A stretch of 62,253 nt of DNA, filler included, from Choristocarpus tenellus KU-1152 (taxonomy: Eukaryota; Protista; Phaeophyceae): the NCBI GenBank assembly GCA_964200185.2. It is 10 parts of 10 records of this genome, joined end to end, with 100 filler letters (N's around TTAATTAATTAA, not from the genome) between each part and the next. Parts side by side here need not be neighbours in the genome. Positions count along the whole stretch, not along the records: positions 48,957 to 59,437 come from CAXNAD020002903.1; positions 59,538 to 62,253 come from CAXNAD020025353.1; 8 more parts are not named here. The stretch is one strand, 5' to 3'. Position numbers and translations under genes: made by a program. This document shows positions 50,181 through 62,253 of the stretch, one piece after another. The notes under the pieces are model-generated. The model made no database searches. It saw only the letters and a program-made list of their open reading frames with translations, and was not told the DNA's origin. Position 1 is the first letter of the stretch, and every line of letters begins with the position of its first letter.

Positions 50181-53100
50181 ATCAAGAGCTTGAGGCGCCG
50201 CTTCAGTCAGGTGGATGAAGGAGGAGAGGGCGTGCTATCAAAGATTCAATTTTCTAAAATGCTGGAGAATGTCGGGATATATCTTACAGCTGGAGAAACG
50301 GAAAGCATCAGGGAAAGGTTTGCCAACACAAATTTCGTAGATTCAGGACTCCCTCTTCCTCCTTGACTATAGATAGCAGACTTCTTATTGGCTCGTTTTC
50401 TTCCTTCCAAGTCAATTAATCGACATTCTATGTGTCATATTCCACATCTTCTGATATGGAGACAACGAGTCTTTGAAGCTAGCATGTGTGTACATGTGTG
50501 CTAGTCCTTTTTAATTGCCTTCGTGATACACAAGGATGTGCAAATCAACTTGATTGATCAAACAGTTCTCTTGCATATCAATTGGGTCATGTGTTTTTGC
50601 TCACTTCTTGCTGGAAATGGAATTCTCCCAGGCCCCCTCCATACTAATCTATGATCACCTGAAATCTCCAATACCTTGAGTCTTGTCGTATTCCATTTTC
50701 ACTATCGACATAAGGTCACAGGCCAAGTTCTTGTCCTATCCTCTACGAACAGAGATATTGTCCCAGCCATTAGCCCCCTGTCCCCTTCCCTCCAACCTAA
50801 ATTCCAGCAATTGACGTTTGGTCATTCTAACAATGAGAACATGCTTCCAACCCTCACCATTTTTTTGTGCTTGGTGTATGTGAATCTATTTGTATGCTGC
50901 AAGAAAAGGTTTGACCATGATGGAGACGGACGTGTGGACCTCCTGAATTTTCTCAACTTTTTCTTGTCAAGAGAGAACAAAGAGCGGAGGAGTGTAGGTA
51001 GGGTCACACGTGGATTGGAGGCTCTTCATGAGGATGCTCTGCACATGCAAATGGACAAGCTTAAAAAACTAAGTGTGGACAACATTGACAGGTAACTACT
51101 GAAAACCAGAATCAGTGTGTGAGGAGAGCGACTGGGGTAGGCAAGCCTATTTTTTTGTTTTCTAATGGTCAGAGAGTTTGCAAGCTTTGGCATTCAATTC
51201 CAAATCACACCACCTAAAGTACTCCACAAACCTTCTCCGCATCAAGAGTCTAGTAGTACCCAACCTTAGTACCATGGGAGACAATCGATTGCTTGAATAT
51301 ATTTTCCTCCATCAACTTATCTTACGACCAATTTTTTTCATATTTGACACTGTGTTTTTCCTTTTTCATGCAACAAAATCCCATTCCACTTCGTCAAATC
51401 CCATCACTAATGTCGGATCACCGTCGAATGGAAAATTCAGCTCAACAGCGTGGAAGGACATGAAAAAGAGACACACTGCTGCATACAAAAAAGCCTTCCC
51501 AGGATTCCTCACCGTAGACGATTTCGGCCAAGCTCTGGAAAGGCTTAATGTACGGTGAGTGAACAAAGAGTCAAAATGGAGATAGTGATTTTAGAGCTAT
51601 CTGTGAGTGCGCATGTATGTGTACGTGTACTTTTGCTTTAGTTGAGCTCTACCAACGGCTCTTGTGATAATGATGTGGAGAAGTGGAACTATCCCAGAAA
51701 TAACAATAAATAACAAGGACTCTCTATTGCCCTCTGATACTCTGATATTCTTCAAGCCGTTGCCCTCCACTCCCTTCTGCTTGTTTCAAAGTGTCACGTT
51801 ACCTATTGCACCGAAGTTCCCAAGAGTTTTTTTTTTAATTTTATGATGACTGTGATACCTGTTAAACATGTGTTTTATTCATGATCGTGCTCTTGAACAT
51901 TCCCCACACCCTATTTCAAAGTTGACAGGGAGCTAACTCAGCATCTATATGTTAAGCACAGTAATTAAAGCCCTCTTTGCTTCAATATACAACCAGTCTA
52001 GCATCTCACAGAAACAACTCAAATTGAGTGGCCTTTCTCATCTTGCAATGAATTTTTTACTGTTCCCATATAATAAGCTGGACACAATCCATTGAAGAAT
52101 CCAAATGCTGATGACGTTTCAGGCTATCACAGAGGGAACTCCGGCAGCTGGTAGTGAGAATGGCACCTCTTGGGAATGGACATGTCAATGAGGAAGACTT
52201 TCACCGCTTTGTTTGTCTTGTGCCCAGGACTAGTGGACAGATCCTCAGGAGTGTGGAACGCGATGCTCTACCCGACCTTGTAGAGTCCTACAGGTAGGAT
52301 TGCAATTCCCACGCCATCTGGAGTTAAATTACAGCGGATCACAACCCCAACTTGTTGCTGTCCAACTCCATTACTCCCTTCCCCTGGTGATACCCGTACT
52401 CTGTAGTTCACATATGTAGGATTTCCTGTGTATGGCCATGAAAGTGCCACTCTCAACAAATCTTGAGACCCTGACTGCACAACCATATTTTACCCCCAAT
52501 ATGATTCTTCCTTAGGGCTGACACAGAGTTGCAAAAAAATTGAACAGCAATATAAATGGAACACTATAGTGAAAGGTTTGTGTGCGTTCCAACTTGAGAC
52601 TCGCTATGGCTAGATAAGCCAGGTCATTCTCACATAACCTTCCTTGTTTCTGTCATCCGTTCTACTCATGTCCAATCTCATCTATTTCCCTCACCCCTTT
52701 CTCATCATCCTATTTTATTCCACTTGCCTATAGTCTTCAACCCCAAACCCACCCCCTGTCCTCCTCTCATACATTTATTTCAATCCTAGCTCCTGTCCCA
52801 AACCCACTTCAGATCTGTATAGCGATCCTTCATCTTCCCAACACCTGATGCATTTCCGTCCCTCAGGAGTGTCCGACATAGTCAACACCGGAAAGACTTC
52901 AAGGGCACTGTAGCCATGGGGTCTACCCTATTGAGTGGAACTACACCACTGCTAGGAACGGCTATGTTCAGGTCAGCCTACACCTATCAATCACTAATGG
53001 AAGAAATGAATTGGAGGGAGGCCTTCAGAAAGGTAGGGTAGAACGATTGAGAAGTTTGATGGGATGAAGGAATGTACGATGGATGGGAAGAGGTGGTGAC

Positions 53101-56100
53101 TGAGATCAGGGGTCTGCATAATGACAGGGGCAAAACTTCAAGAATTGGGCAAGACATAGAGCGATGTTTGGTGAAACAATCTTCTTGTCCAAGAAGTGTA
53201 ATTTTCTTATCAAGTTTTTCCTATGTGGAGGAACGTTTAATCTTTATGTGAGTAAACCCTCTGCCTCCTGAGTACTGCAGATTATCCCTTCAACTGGGGT
53301 GTGAGAAGAAAAGAGGAATGGAACTTGAGGGGAGAAAATTGTAATGAAAGGAGCAAGAGTCCATTTTTACCTACAGCCTTCTATGGGTGTTAAGGTCCGA
53401 CCAACACGAATCTCTGTCCTCAATGACAGAGCATAAACATAGACACACACCAACTCACCTTCCTCCCCCCCCCCCCACCCGATCGCATCTTCAGCCCTTC
53501 CCGAACATGTACAATGTCACAATACCTTCCTGGCCGCACCAGTCGACCTGGTGTAAGGTTTGGGGCAACAAGTGGGCGAGGAGGTCCATCAATGGCGAGC
53601 CCCACTCTCAGGCCAGCGGAAATTGCTACAGATATCTGGAATACTGAAGCCGAGGACCCAGTGCTGAGGTTTGTGGGCTGCTTTAATGAAGGGGTAGAGG
53701 TCACAGTGATAAAAAGATGAAGTAGTTATACAATGCCACAGTTCTATTCTGGGAAAATTGTGACCATTGTTCAGTTCACAACAGTGAGTGAACAAGAAAG
53801 GAATCTAGTTATATGTGTTCCTATTTTAAAAAAAAAAGCTTCCAAAGGGTTCAAATACGTTTTTGTTACATGTATATATAATCTCTCATCATTCTGACAT
53901 GGGACAACATAGTTAAGCTGATTGAGGTGATGGCGATATCCTTGCTGTAAGAAAATATCACTTCAGACAAGGAAATGGAAATTGATTCAATCTTGAGATA
54001 ATGACGACTCACTTTTCTGATAGATGAAAAAGTCCTGGTTGAATAGGTTTCTTTCTTTGGTTACCAGCGCCTTTTAAATTTAGGCATGACTTAGTCAGGA
54101 GATCTATTTTAGTCAAAGCACTTAAGAGGGTAGGGAAGTGGCCGTTTGGGGTCATGAATCCAATGTTGTGATTTTGATTATTTTTTATTGCGTATGTTAG
54201 CAAGTTCCAATATCCTTGCTCTGGACACACCTTTCTTAGTCGTATACATTTTAGGTAACTGTGCTCAAACAAAAAACCGAGAAAGTGCAAAAAAAACCCT
54301 TGGGAAGTCAAGCCCCAATTGGACAAATAGGGTAAACCTCCTACCCTCTTTAATGCTTTGATTCATTTTTCAAAAAAATCAATTTTGGGGACACCTTGGT
54401 GGAATAGAGCACTGACAAGTCAAGACAGTTTAGATATTGAAGACATCTAGAAGCAGTAGTTGCTTGGATACAACAGGCAATACGGATCTCAGATTCCCTT
54501 CTCTCTAGTTGCAAGAGATTGCTCGCTATGAACATTCTTTTCTTGGGTTTTGCCACTGCAGGGAGACCTTCTCCAAGAACCTGGAGGCAGCTGTCAAAGC
54601 TGTGAACCCTGACGACCAGGATATGACCACAATAGAACATATTGCAGATGGTTTGGCTGCCCTTGGCGAGTTCGACAGGTCCTTGATATTGGACTCAGAA
54701 TGGGTGAGAACAAGGGAAATATGATGGAGTAAGAAACAGGGCGATAGAAGAGAGTACTGGGGGATCTGTATTCATCAGAGCATACTTTTTAATTGTGTGC
54801 TCCAATATATATATATATATTATCCAAATATTTTCGGAACAAGAAGCACTTAAATTCCACGAACATCTCCAACAAAGAGGGGAAGCGGTAGTTGGGGTTG
54901 TGGGGGCACACAAGCATAGAAAGGCAGGGTTACGTGGGTTATTGCCTAAATACCTCCTGGCACCACTCCACCATGATCACCGCAACAAACACCTCACTAA
55001 ATTTGTGCAAAAATATAATGGAAGAGCTTAGACATGCATGGTTTTAAACTTCATATTGCTCTTTGAATCTAATGAGACACTCACAAGTCGAGCAGTGATA
55101 TACTACCCCCTGTTCACCCCTACTGATATCTGACTCTGCTGGGAACTCATAGGAACAAGCAGGTACAAACAAGCACACTCATACAAGAATATACATGCAT
55201 GCACATGTGTTAACTTCCCCCTATTATGTTTACGCTTCATAGGCTCTGCTTGCGCAATTGGTGGGTGCTGATGAGGCTGAACACAATGTTATAGATGCCC
55301 ACGGATTCTTGGAGGGACTTTGTGCAGAGTGTTTGGAAGAGCACGAGACTCAGGGGGTAACACTGGAAGACATTTCCGCCACAGAAGAGGAAGCCCTCAA
55401 CTTGGTGAGAGAGGGGACATATCACCACGGAGACTCTTGACTTGCCTATCAAAGAGGTTATGTTATTGTGCTCATCATGTTGGCCATGAAATACCAAGGC
55501 ATACCTGGAATATTTTATAGAAAAAAAAATGGAAGTGCTCAAAAAGGGTTATTATGTCAACAATTTTCTCCTCTTGAAATAGTGCATGGCAGAGGGTAGG
55601 AATCTAGAACATAGCAATTAGCTGGGTGACAAGATACTGTTATATCCTTCTTTCTTCCCAGGGTAATAGACATCCAGACCTTCCAAACCTTTCAGTACGA
55701 TTGTACACTAGTACATATCAATCCAACATTGAGAAACACAAAAGCGAAACACTGCTGAGCACATTCACATTTGTTAAAATGGCCAAACATTGAATCTAGC
55801 ACGCTGCACAGTTATTGTGGGCAGGTGTATAACTTAGAGTAAGGTCATACTTTATACTCTCCCACAATAGAACTCAATGTTTGTTGATTATCTTGATTGA
55901 TCTTCCACGTGCAAAATTTTTGAAGCATTGTGCTGCTGTTTAGCAGTGCCCCTACAATATTCCACACTGCTCTGCTTGAGCTCTGAGCGGTGAGGGCATC
56001 ATGTTTCTTTTGGCCCTTCTGCAGCTATTCGCGCCCAAGAGTTGAGTCAACCTTTCCTCCACATATGCCACTACCTATTGAACTATCCCATCCTCTCACT

Positions 56101-59100
56101 TGCGTGGAGGCCAGGTTTGCGAGGACCTTGTAAAAATGATTAATGAGGAGGCACGGACCTTGCCAGAAAATGGCAAAGGGGTGACTGCTAGGAGCTTGAG
56201 TGGTGGTGGAGATGATAGTGGCGGCAATAGTGTCTCGATGGACTACTCAAAGCCATTCAAGCTTTTTGATGAGAAGGGAGAAGGAGTTATTCCGATAGAT
56301 GATTTTCGGTCAATGCTTTACCGCCTCCATGTCAACTCCTTGCTGAGGGAGCGACAAGTGGTAGAACTCCTGAACCGCTTTGACATTGATAGGACAGGTG
56401 GGTCGCGGAAAATGGGCACAAGGAGGTTGTCGTCAGTGATACCTGTGAGGAGATTTCCTTGCTTCACTCACTGCACAAAGATTGAACTAATATGAGGTGG
56501 ACAAATCATGTGGACGATTCTAACATGCTATGACCTAGGTGAAAATGTACGAAGGAGACATCAGTGGAATTACATATGTGCAGACATGATCACATGTAGG
56601 AATAGAAACAAGTTTAGGCAATAGACACCCACTGCGCATACTTAACATAAATTCATCTACACGTTCACCAACATAGGCGAAATCACGCTTAAGGATTTCA
56701 TTGCCTTTGCAAAGAAGGAGACATGGGGGGAAAATGCCCTAACTTCCACAGGGAAGGATGGAGAAGGAGCACTTGAAGCCACAACAAAATTTGGGTTGAC
56801 ATTCCACGGTTTTCATAAGGATGATGATGGTGATGATCAAGATGATGGTGAGGCAAGGTATGTGCCAAAGGGAGGTAGAGTCAAAGTATCTTAGAGGGTA
56901 GACCCGCGTCCATTTGGGGTCAAAATCCAATGTTGCGATTCTGATGTANNNNNNNNNNGAAGGAGTGGGGGTAGATGTCTCGAAAGAGTCAAGACCATAC
57001 TCCTGACCAAGACCCTGAGCAACCAACCTAGCTTAGCCCCATTGAACATTCCAAACGAGTCAAAGTATCTTACAGGGTAGACCCGCGTCCATTTGGGGTC
57101 AAAATCCAATGTTGCGATTCTGATGTAATTTTGGTTATCGTGTTTGTTAGGAAGTGTCAATATCCTTGTTCCAGACCCACCTTTTCATAACGTGTACATT
57201 TTACCTATTCCGAAATATTTTGGAATGGGAAAACGTCGTAAAAACCCCAAGGGAAGTCAAGCCCCAGATGGACAAACAGGACAATACTCATACCCTCTAA
57301 GATACTTTCACTCGGTATTTTTATATTGGTGAATCGATCATAGAGAGATATTCATATTTGGGGGGAAATTTGGTTTGGTTACAGATTCATAGATTAACCA
57401 ATGTAGTATATAGCTCATTGACACCAATCACTTGACTCTCTTGAAGCATACACAGAGTCGCTCTCCTCTATACACTAGAGTCAAACAAGAAATGGAACCC
57501 AGCGAAATCAATCCTTCTATCAAGAAATGGATAGAGCGCTCCAAAGCTAGCTTGGGATAAATGAAGGTCAAGGCAGGATGAGAAACACCATGGTGACCAC
57601 CTCTCTTTAAACCCTACATACTGGTTTGTATCCCGAAGGTTCCATGGATTGCGCGTAACAGGAAGCAAGCAAGGAGATGCACTGGCCGTGTCAATCATGC
57701 AGGAGCTGAGAAAATCGTTCGAGGGCAAGGTAAACTTCCATTGATAATCTATTATTCTTCGGTATATTGGATTATTTTGAATTAACATATGACTGGATTC
57801 AGTATTTGTCTGCATGAGGAGGGAGGATGAATTATAATCTATGGTACTCAAATTGTGGTTCAAAGTACATTTAAAACGTAGACGGAAATGCTGAAAGGGT
57901 GTATGTACCACACCAATTAAGTACATTTTTTTAGTATTTCAAGAGTGGATTTTTTCTTGTTCCCAGAAATCGAAGCAACCAAACCAACATCAGTTCCAAT
58001 TAAAATAATATATTTCGAAGCAATCATTGACTTAACGTTAACACCACAAGAATACCCCAATAAAACGTTCTTATTTTCAAGCAAAATTTGGAAAAATACA
58101 GGCCTCACAGCCATGAGGAATAGGTGCATGGCATCATGTGCCCGAGAAAAGACTAAAGTCTTCTCCATCACTGCTCAATCCACGACTGTTAATCACTACA
58201 ACCAACATGTGAACAGTTTGGACCCTGCTTCCAGCACCTCACCTCCTCCTATGCCTCCACCCCCTGAACCACCAACAGTGCAACCCCCTCCTAAGACTTT
58301 CATTCTAGAGTGGCACCAGTCCTACCAATTGCTTTGAATTTGTACACTTCACCAATGACAATTCCCTGAAGATATCCTCAACCTTCGTACAGGGAACACA
58401 GTACAGTAACATGTAGTTAGGAGGTTGCACAGGGAGGACACTCGAAGAACAACATTTAGGGTACCTCCATAGTTCTGTATGACCAACTCTACAAAAAATA
58501 TAATCATTTTTTTGTTTTCTCTATCTCTTTCAAGACCAAACATTTAGGGCTTGCAATGGTACCATTTGAAGACTTTCGAATTTCAGTAGACAGGGGTTTA
58601 ACATATTTATGGCAGAATGCAATCATAGACCGTTTTTAGGATCTGCAATGGTGAATCCTCTTCTCTATGTTCAGCCAGGAACAGCCAAGACAGAGCTTGT
58701 GGAGGGACTGGGGGCATTGGACTACCACAGAGAGGGCAAGCTACCTGCAACAACAGTCATCACAGCACTGCGTCGGATGGGCCTGGAGTTGCACTTGCAG
58801 CAGAAGGAGATGGAGCTGGCACTGCGAGTGTTTGAGGTCAGAAAAAAAAGGAGAAGTGGGTGCTTGTTCTCCAGCATATGGGCTCCTTAAGAAAATGATG
58901 TATAAAACGATGCATCTAAACAAAAGCAGATACTGCCTGTTGCTCCTATTTCCAACATGCATTCTAGTTTGTAGTGTGTATATATGATTCAATAATAGGA
59001 GAAATCGGAAACGTGCTCTTATTCATTTCTATGTTGTGCTTTAAGCATATTTGGTTCACCGGTCACCTGCAATGAGAAAACAAGAACTCCACACCCGTGC

Positions 59101-59270
59101 CAGCATCTCAGGAACACCGAACATTTCTTATTCACAAACGTTTTCGGGGGTGGTGCCGCAGGCTGCAGAGGAATCGGGCAAGGCTGAGGTGGACTGTGCT
59201 AGCCTGGTGGGTGCGGTGGGGAGAGCATGGCGTGCTGTTGACCTCCATTCCAATAGAAAATCTCTCACAG
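50181..59270 (+). CDS. Large multi-EF-hand calcium-binding protein, partial (about 13 exons)
   Basis: Exons include 50181-50317, 50909-51091, 51441-51554, 52123-52293 and 52867-53032, and approximately 54562-54678, 55243-55404, 56115-56397, 56678-56857, 57639-57729, 58675-58836 and 59162-59270. EF-hand loops include FDHDGDGRVDLLNF, FDEKGEGVIPIDDF and FDIDRTGEITLKDF. Confidence 0.85.
54110..54364 (+). mobile_element. MITE family B, older diverged copy
   Basis: TAGTCAAAGCACTTAAGAGGGTA...TACCCTCTTTAATGCTTTGATTC, collinear with 57057-57313; flanks ATTT/ATTT. Confidence 0.8.
56878..56948 (+). mobile_element. MITE family B left end, interrupted by a 10-N gap
   Basis: GAGTCAAAGTATCTTAGAGGGTAGACCCGCGTCCATTTGGGGTCAAAATCC...; left flank GGTA. 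Confidence 0.9.
56959..57056 (-). mobile_element. ~100-bp Copia reverse-transcriptase fragment
   Basis: Homologous to 61337-61430 (GMFNGAK..LVAQG.GQEYGLD.FETS). Confidence 0.88.
57057..57313 (+). mobile_element. MITE family B full copy (~257 bp)
   Basis: TIRs GAGTCAAAGTATCTTACAGGGTA and TACCCTCTAAGATACTTTCACTC; right flank GGTA. Confidence 0.92.
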
Positions 59271-59367
59271 GTATGATCTTCTTTTCGGTGTTCTTCCTCA
59301 CCCTATGTTCCAAAATGTGCAATGATGTTTTAGAAAAACTTCTCTGTATGAGAAAGTATCCCATCTG

Positions 59368-59437
59368 GCTCAAAGTATCTGGGAGGGGGTAGCGGCTGTC
59401 CATTTTGGGTCAATTTTTTCATGTCGCGATTTTTGGG
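59368..59437 (+). mobile_element. Poly-G MITE (family C) end at contig break
   Basis: GCTCAAAGTATCTGGGAGGGGGTAGCGGCTGTCCATTTTGGGTCAATTTTTTCATGTCGCG. Confidence 0.8.
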
Positions 59438-60872
59438 NNNNNNNNNNNNNNNNNNNNNNNNNNNNNNNNNNNNNNNNNNNNTTAATTAATTAANNNNNNN
59501 NNNNNNNNNNNNNNNNNNNNNNNNNNNNNNNNNNNNNACGATTAATCAGTTGCTTCGACGATTGATTCCCAGCTAACCCTAACTCTAATTACTACAAAAC
59601 CGATATTGTCCCATATAAATTCTGTGCCGCTTTTTCGGGCATGCCCATGGGTGCACAAAATCGGGGTAGGTACTGTAACTGACAAGGTACAATAATGGAT
59701 CCTAGAAGGCTCCTCAGGATAAATTATGTATGACAAGAAAACAACCAGCTATTGAACTCACTCAAAAACGAAATCCAAACAAACACAAAGAAATTCAAAT
59801 TCGGCAAGAAACAAACCTCTAAACACAGTCTAAATTCAGCAAAGCCCCTGCATGCCTCCGAAAAGATTCTTCTGCTAGAGGCTTGGTCAATGCATCTGTA
59901 TGCTGCTCATCTGAGTTACCATGAACAATCCTTCTTTGTCCCTTGACTACCAAGTCCCTTAGGAAATGATGTCGCACATCTATGTGCTTAGTCCTGCCAG
60001 TCAAAGGTTGTTAGCCAAATGGATGAATCCTGTGTTGTCCTCATACACTACATAACACGACCCAGTCCTACGAGGTTGTAAGAACTCCAACACCTCGCAG
60101 AAATAACAACTCCTTCACGCAGTCCCCCATGGCTATGAATTCTGCCTCTGCAGTCAACTGTGCTATGACACGTTGGGTCCTAGAAAGCCAAGCAACTGCT
60201 GCTTCCCCACACATCAATGCCCCCCCCCGATACAGAACGTCTGTCAAAAGTCTCATTGGCAAAATCCGCATCAGCGTAGGTCATCACGTCCAATCCTGTG
60301 CCTTTCCGGTAGGTTAGGCCCAACTCTCGCGTCCCTTTGAGGTACTTGAGGATCTGGGTCACAGCTCTCCAATGTACTTGGCTCGGAGCATGCGAATGAC
60401 GGGCAACTGCTCTTACTGCATTGGCCACATATGGCCTGGTCATGTTGATGAGTCACATCAACCCCCAACCGCCTCTCGGAAGGGATAATCCTTTGAGATA
60501 TTGTCCCCCTCCCTAATTCCAAGCTTTCTGGAAGGGGCTGCAGGGATGGGAATGTTGATTGGATGGAAAAACGTTCACACAAGCTGTCAATGCAGTTAAT
60601 CTGGGTAATAGAGAGGGTACCGTGCTTCCAATCTCTTGTGTAAGTGCAACCAGAAAACTGAGATAATGAGCCAAGGTTTTTGGTGGGGAACTCTTCATTT
60701 AGGGAGGCACAAAGATCATTGCAATCATCACCAGACGCCAAAACCATAATGTTGTCCACATGAACTGCAAGGATTATCTTGACAAAGCCACCCCTCTTGA
60801 GTCTAAATATAAACGGGTCAAACAGACACTACTCAAATCATTGCGCTTAAGGGTGGAAGCAGGCTTGGTATT

Positions 60873-61127
60873 GAGTCAAATTATCTTAGAGGGTAGAGTC
60901 GCATCCATTTGGGGGCCAAATCTAATGTTGAGATTTTGATGTAATTTTGGCTATCATGTTTGTGAGGATGTGTTAATATCCTTGTTCTGGGCACACCTCT
61001 TCGCAACGTACACAACTTTACCTACTCTGATCCATTTTGGAGTAGGAAAATGTCATAAATAATCCCATGGGAATCTAAGCCACGGACAAAGGGGGAATAA
61101 ATCGTACCCTCTAAGATACTTTCAATC
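60873..61127 (+). mobile_element. MITE family B copy inside Copia RT
   Basis: GAGTCAAATTATCTTAGAGGGTA...TACCCTCTAAGATACTTTCAATC. Removing it with one ATT restores Copia W-N-T-K. Confidence 0.92.
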
Positions 61128-61614
61128 ATTCCAAGTCCTAGAGACTTGCTTTAAGTCATACAGGGACCTGTGAAGGCGTACGGTCGTATAGGAGATATCT
61201 CCACATCCCTGTCGGAGGTACATGTACACTTTATCATCCTAGTCAGATTGAACAATTGCCTGCTCCACATCTAGGTACTATAATTTCAAGTCCAACTCAC
61301 ATGCCATACTGGCCATCAGCCTAACTGATGAGGGGGAAGGAATGGGGGCAGAGGTCTCGAAATAATCAAGACCATACTCCTGACCAAAATCCTGAGCAAC
61401 TAGCCTAGCCTTAGCCCCATTGAACATTCCAGAAGGGTCACTCTTCCACTTGAACACCCACTTGGAACCAATGGCCTTACGACCGAGAGGTACATCTGCA
61501 ACACTGAAGGTACCTGTGTCCAACAAACCATGGAATTCCTTAGACATGGCCTCTTCCCATACCGGTTAGTATTCAGACTTTTGGGCCTCAGCATAAGATT
61601 GAGGGGCTGGTTCC

Positions 61615-61873
61615 GAGTGAAAGTATCTTAGAGGGTACGAGTTTTGCCCTGTTTGTCCGTTTGGGGCTTGACTTCCCACGGGTTTCAGAATTACATTTTC
61701 CTACTCCGAAATGTTTCGGAATAGGTAAAATGTATACGTTATGAAAAGGTGGATCCGGAGCAAGGATATTGACACTTCCTAACAAACACAATAGCCAAAA
61801 CTACATCAAAATCGCAACATTGGATTTCGACCCTAATTTGGACGCGGTCGTACCCTCTAAGATACTTTGACTC
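61615..61873 (-). mobile_element. MITE family B copy inside Copia pol
   Basis: GAGTGAAAGTATCTTAGAGGGTA...TACCCTCTAAGATACTTTGACTC flanked by TTCC/TTCC. Removal restores E-L-E-P-A-P-Q-S-Y-A-E-A. Confidence 0.94.
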
Positions 61874-62253
61874 TTCCAACTCAGAAACAAGACGACCATG
61901 GAGGGGGGTACTCATCAACACAGACTCAGGGGTGGGCTGTACAGCCAAGGCATAAGCAACATGTTTCCTCTCTACATTAGCAATAAGAGACATCACATTA
62001 CCAACACCTGCACTACCTTCAGCTCTGGGACGAGTTTCCTGTCTAGTCCTACCCAACTCAATGCAAGGTTTACGGACTGGATTAGGAAGAAAGTCTTCCA
62101 GCTGGCGAGCTGCAGTATGGGCAGCCGTTGGGTCAGCAACTGCCTGAGGCAAGTGCTGTGAATTCAAGGATGAGACATATCCTACACTCCCTTCACCATC
62201 TCGGGTAGTGTCTCTGGACAGACTCATGTCAACCTGACCTCCCTCCCCATCAC

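Larger units (their letters stand above)
59819..62253 (-). mobile_element. Ty1/Copia retrotransposon pol (RT-RNase H) pseudogene with two MITE insertions
   Basis: Motifs PQSYAEA, AIGSKWVFKWK...KARLVAQ.FGQEYGLDYFET, LYDLKQ..RTWN, HVDN (degenerate YVDD), TRP.VANAV, YADADFA..DRRSVSG, AEAEFIA and TKHIDVRHHFLRD, with stops and frameshifts. Confidence 0.95.

Noticed and set aside
3791-59270. Functional gene cluster across the window
   Set aside because: The genes lie on separate contigs joined by artificial linkers.
60873-61873. Family B elements as introners spliced out of Copia
   Set aside because: No frame-restoring GT/GC-AG pair seen at the ends, the host Copia is already a pseudogene, and the other copies lie inside existing introns.

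Overview
This is eukaryotic, intron-rich genomic DNA. It is most likely from a photosynthetic stramenopile such as a brown alga or relative (inferred from an ASAFAP-type plastid presequence and a CPWD-type ankyrin gene). It is not one locus: about ten contigs are joined by artificial N-TTAATTAATTAA-N linkers, so neighbourhoods across linkers mean nothing. Genes read by splicing exons by eye: exportin-7, Twinkle primase-helicase, an intronless F-box-like/ankyrin gene, one thiol/halide methyltransferase exon, ATG8, a stand-alone MSS51-C-like gene head-to-head with NSUN5, a short/branched-chain acyl-CoA dehydrogenase with an intron-containing tRNA-Tyr in one intron, NDUFS6 head-to-head with a plastid-targeted gene, and a large EF-hand protein. 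Mobile DNA: piggyBac-like, IS630/Tc1-like, gag and Copia remnants. The most striking feature is an abundant group of related short TIR elements (MITEs) ending GAGTCAAAGTA...TACTTTCACTC with 3-4 bp target duplications. Two sit in one Copia element, and one locus looks like a MITE-Copia fragment-MITE composite bounded by a single target duplication. All calls come from motif recognition; no database searches were run.
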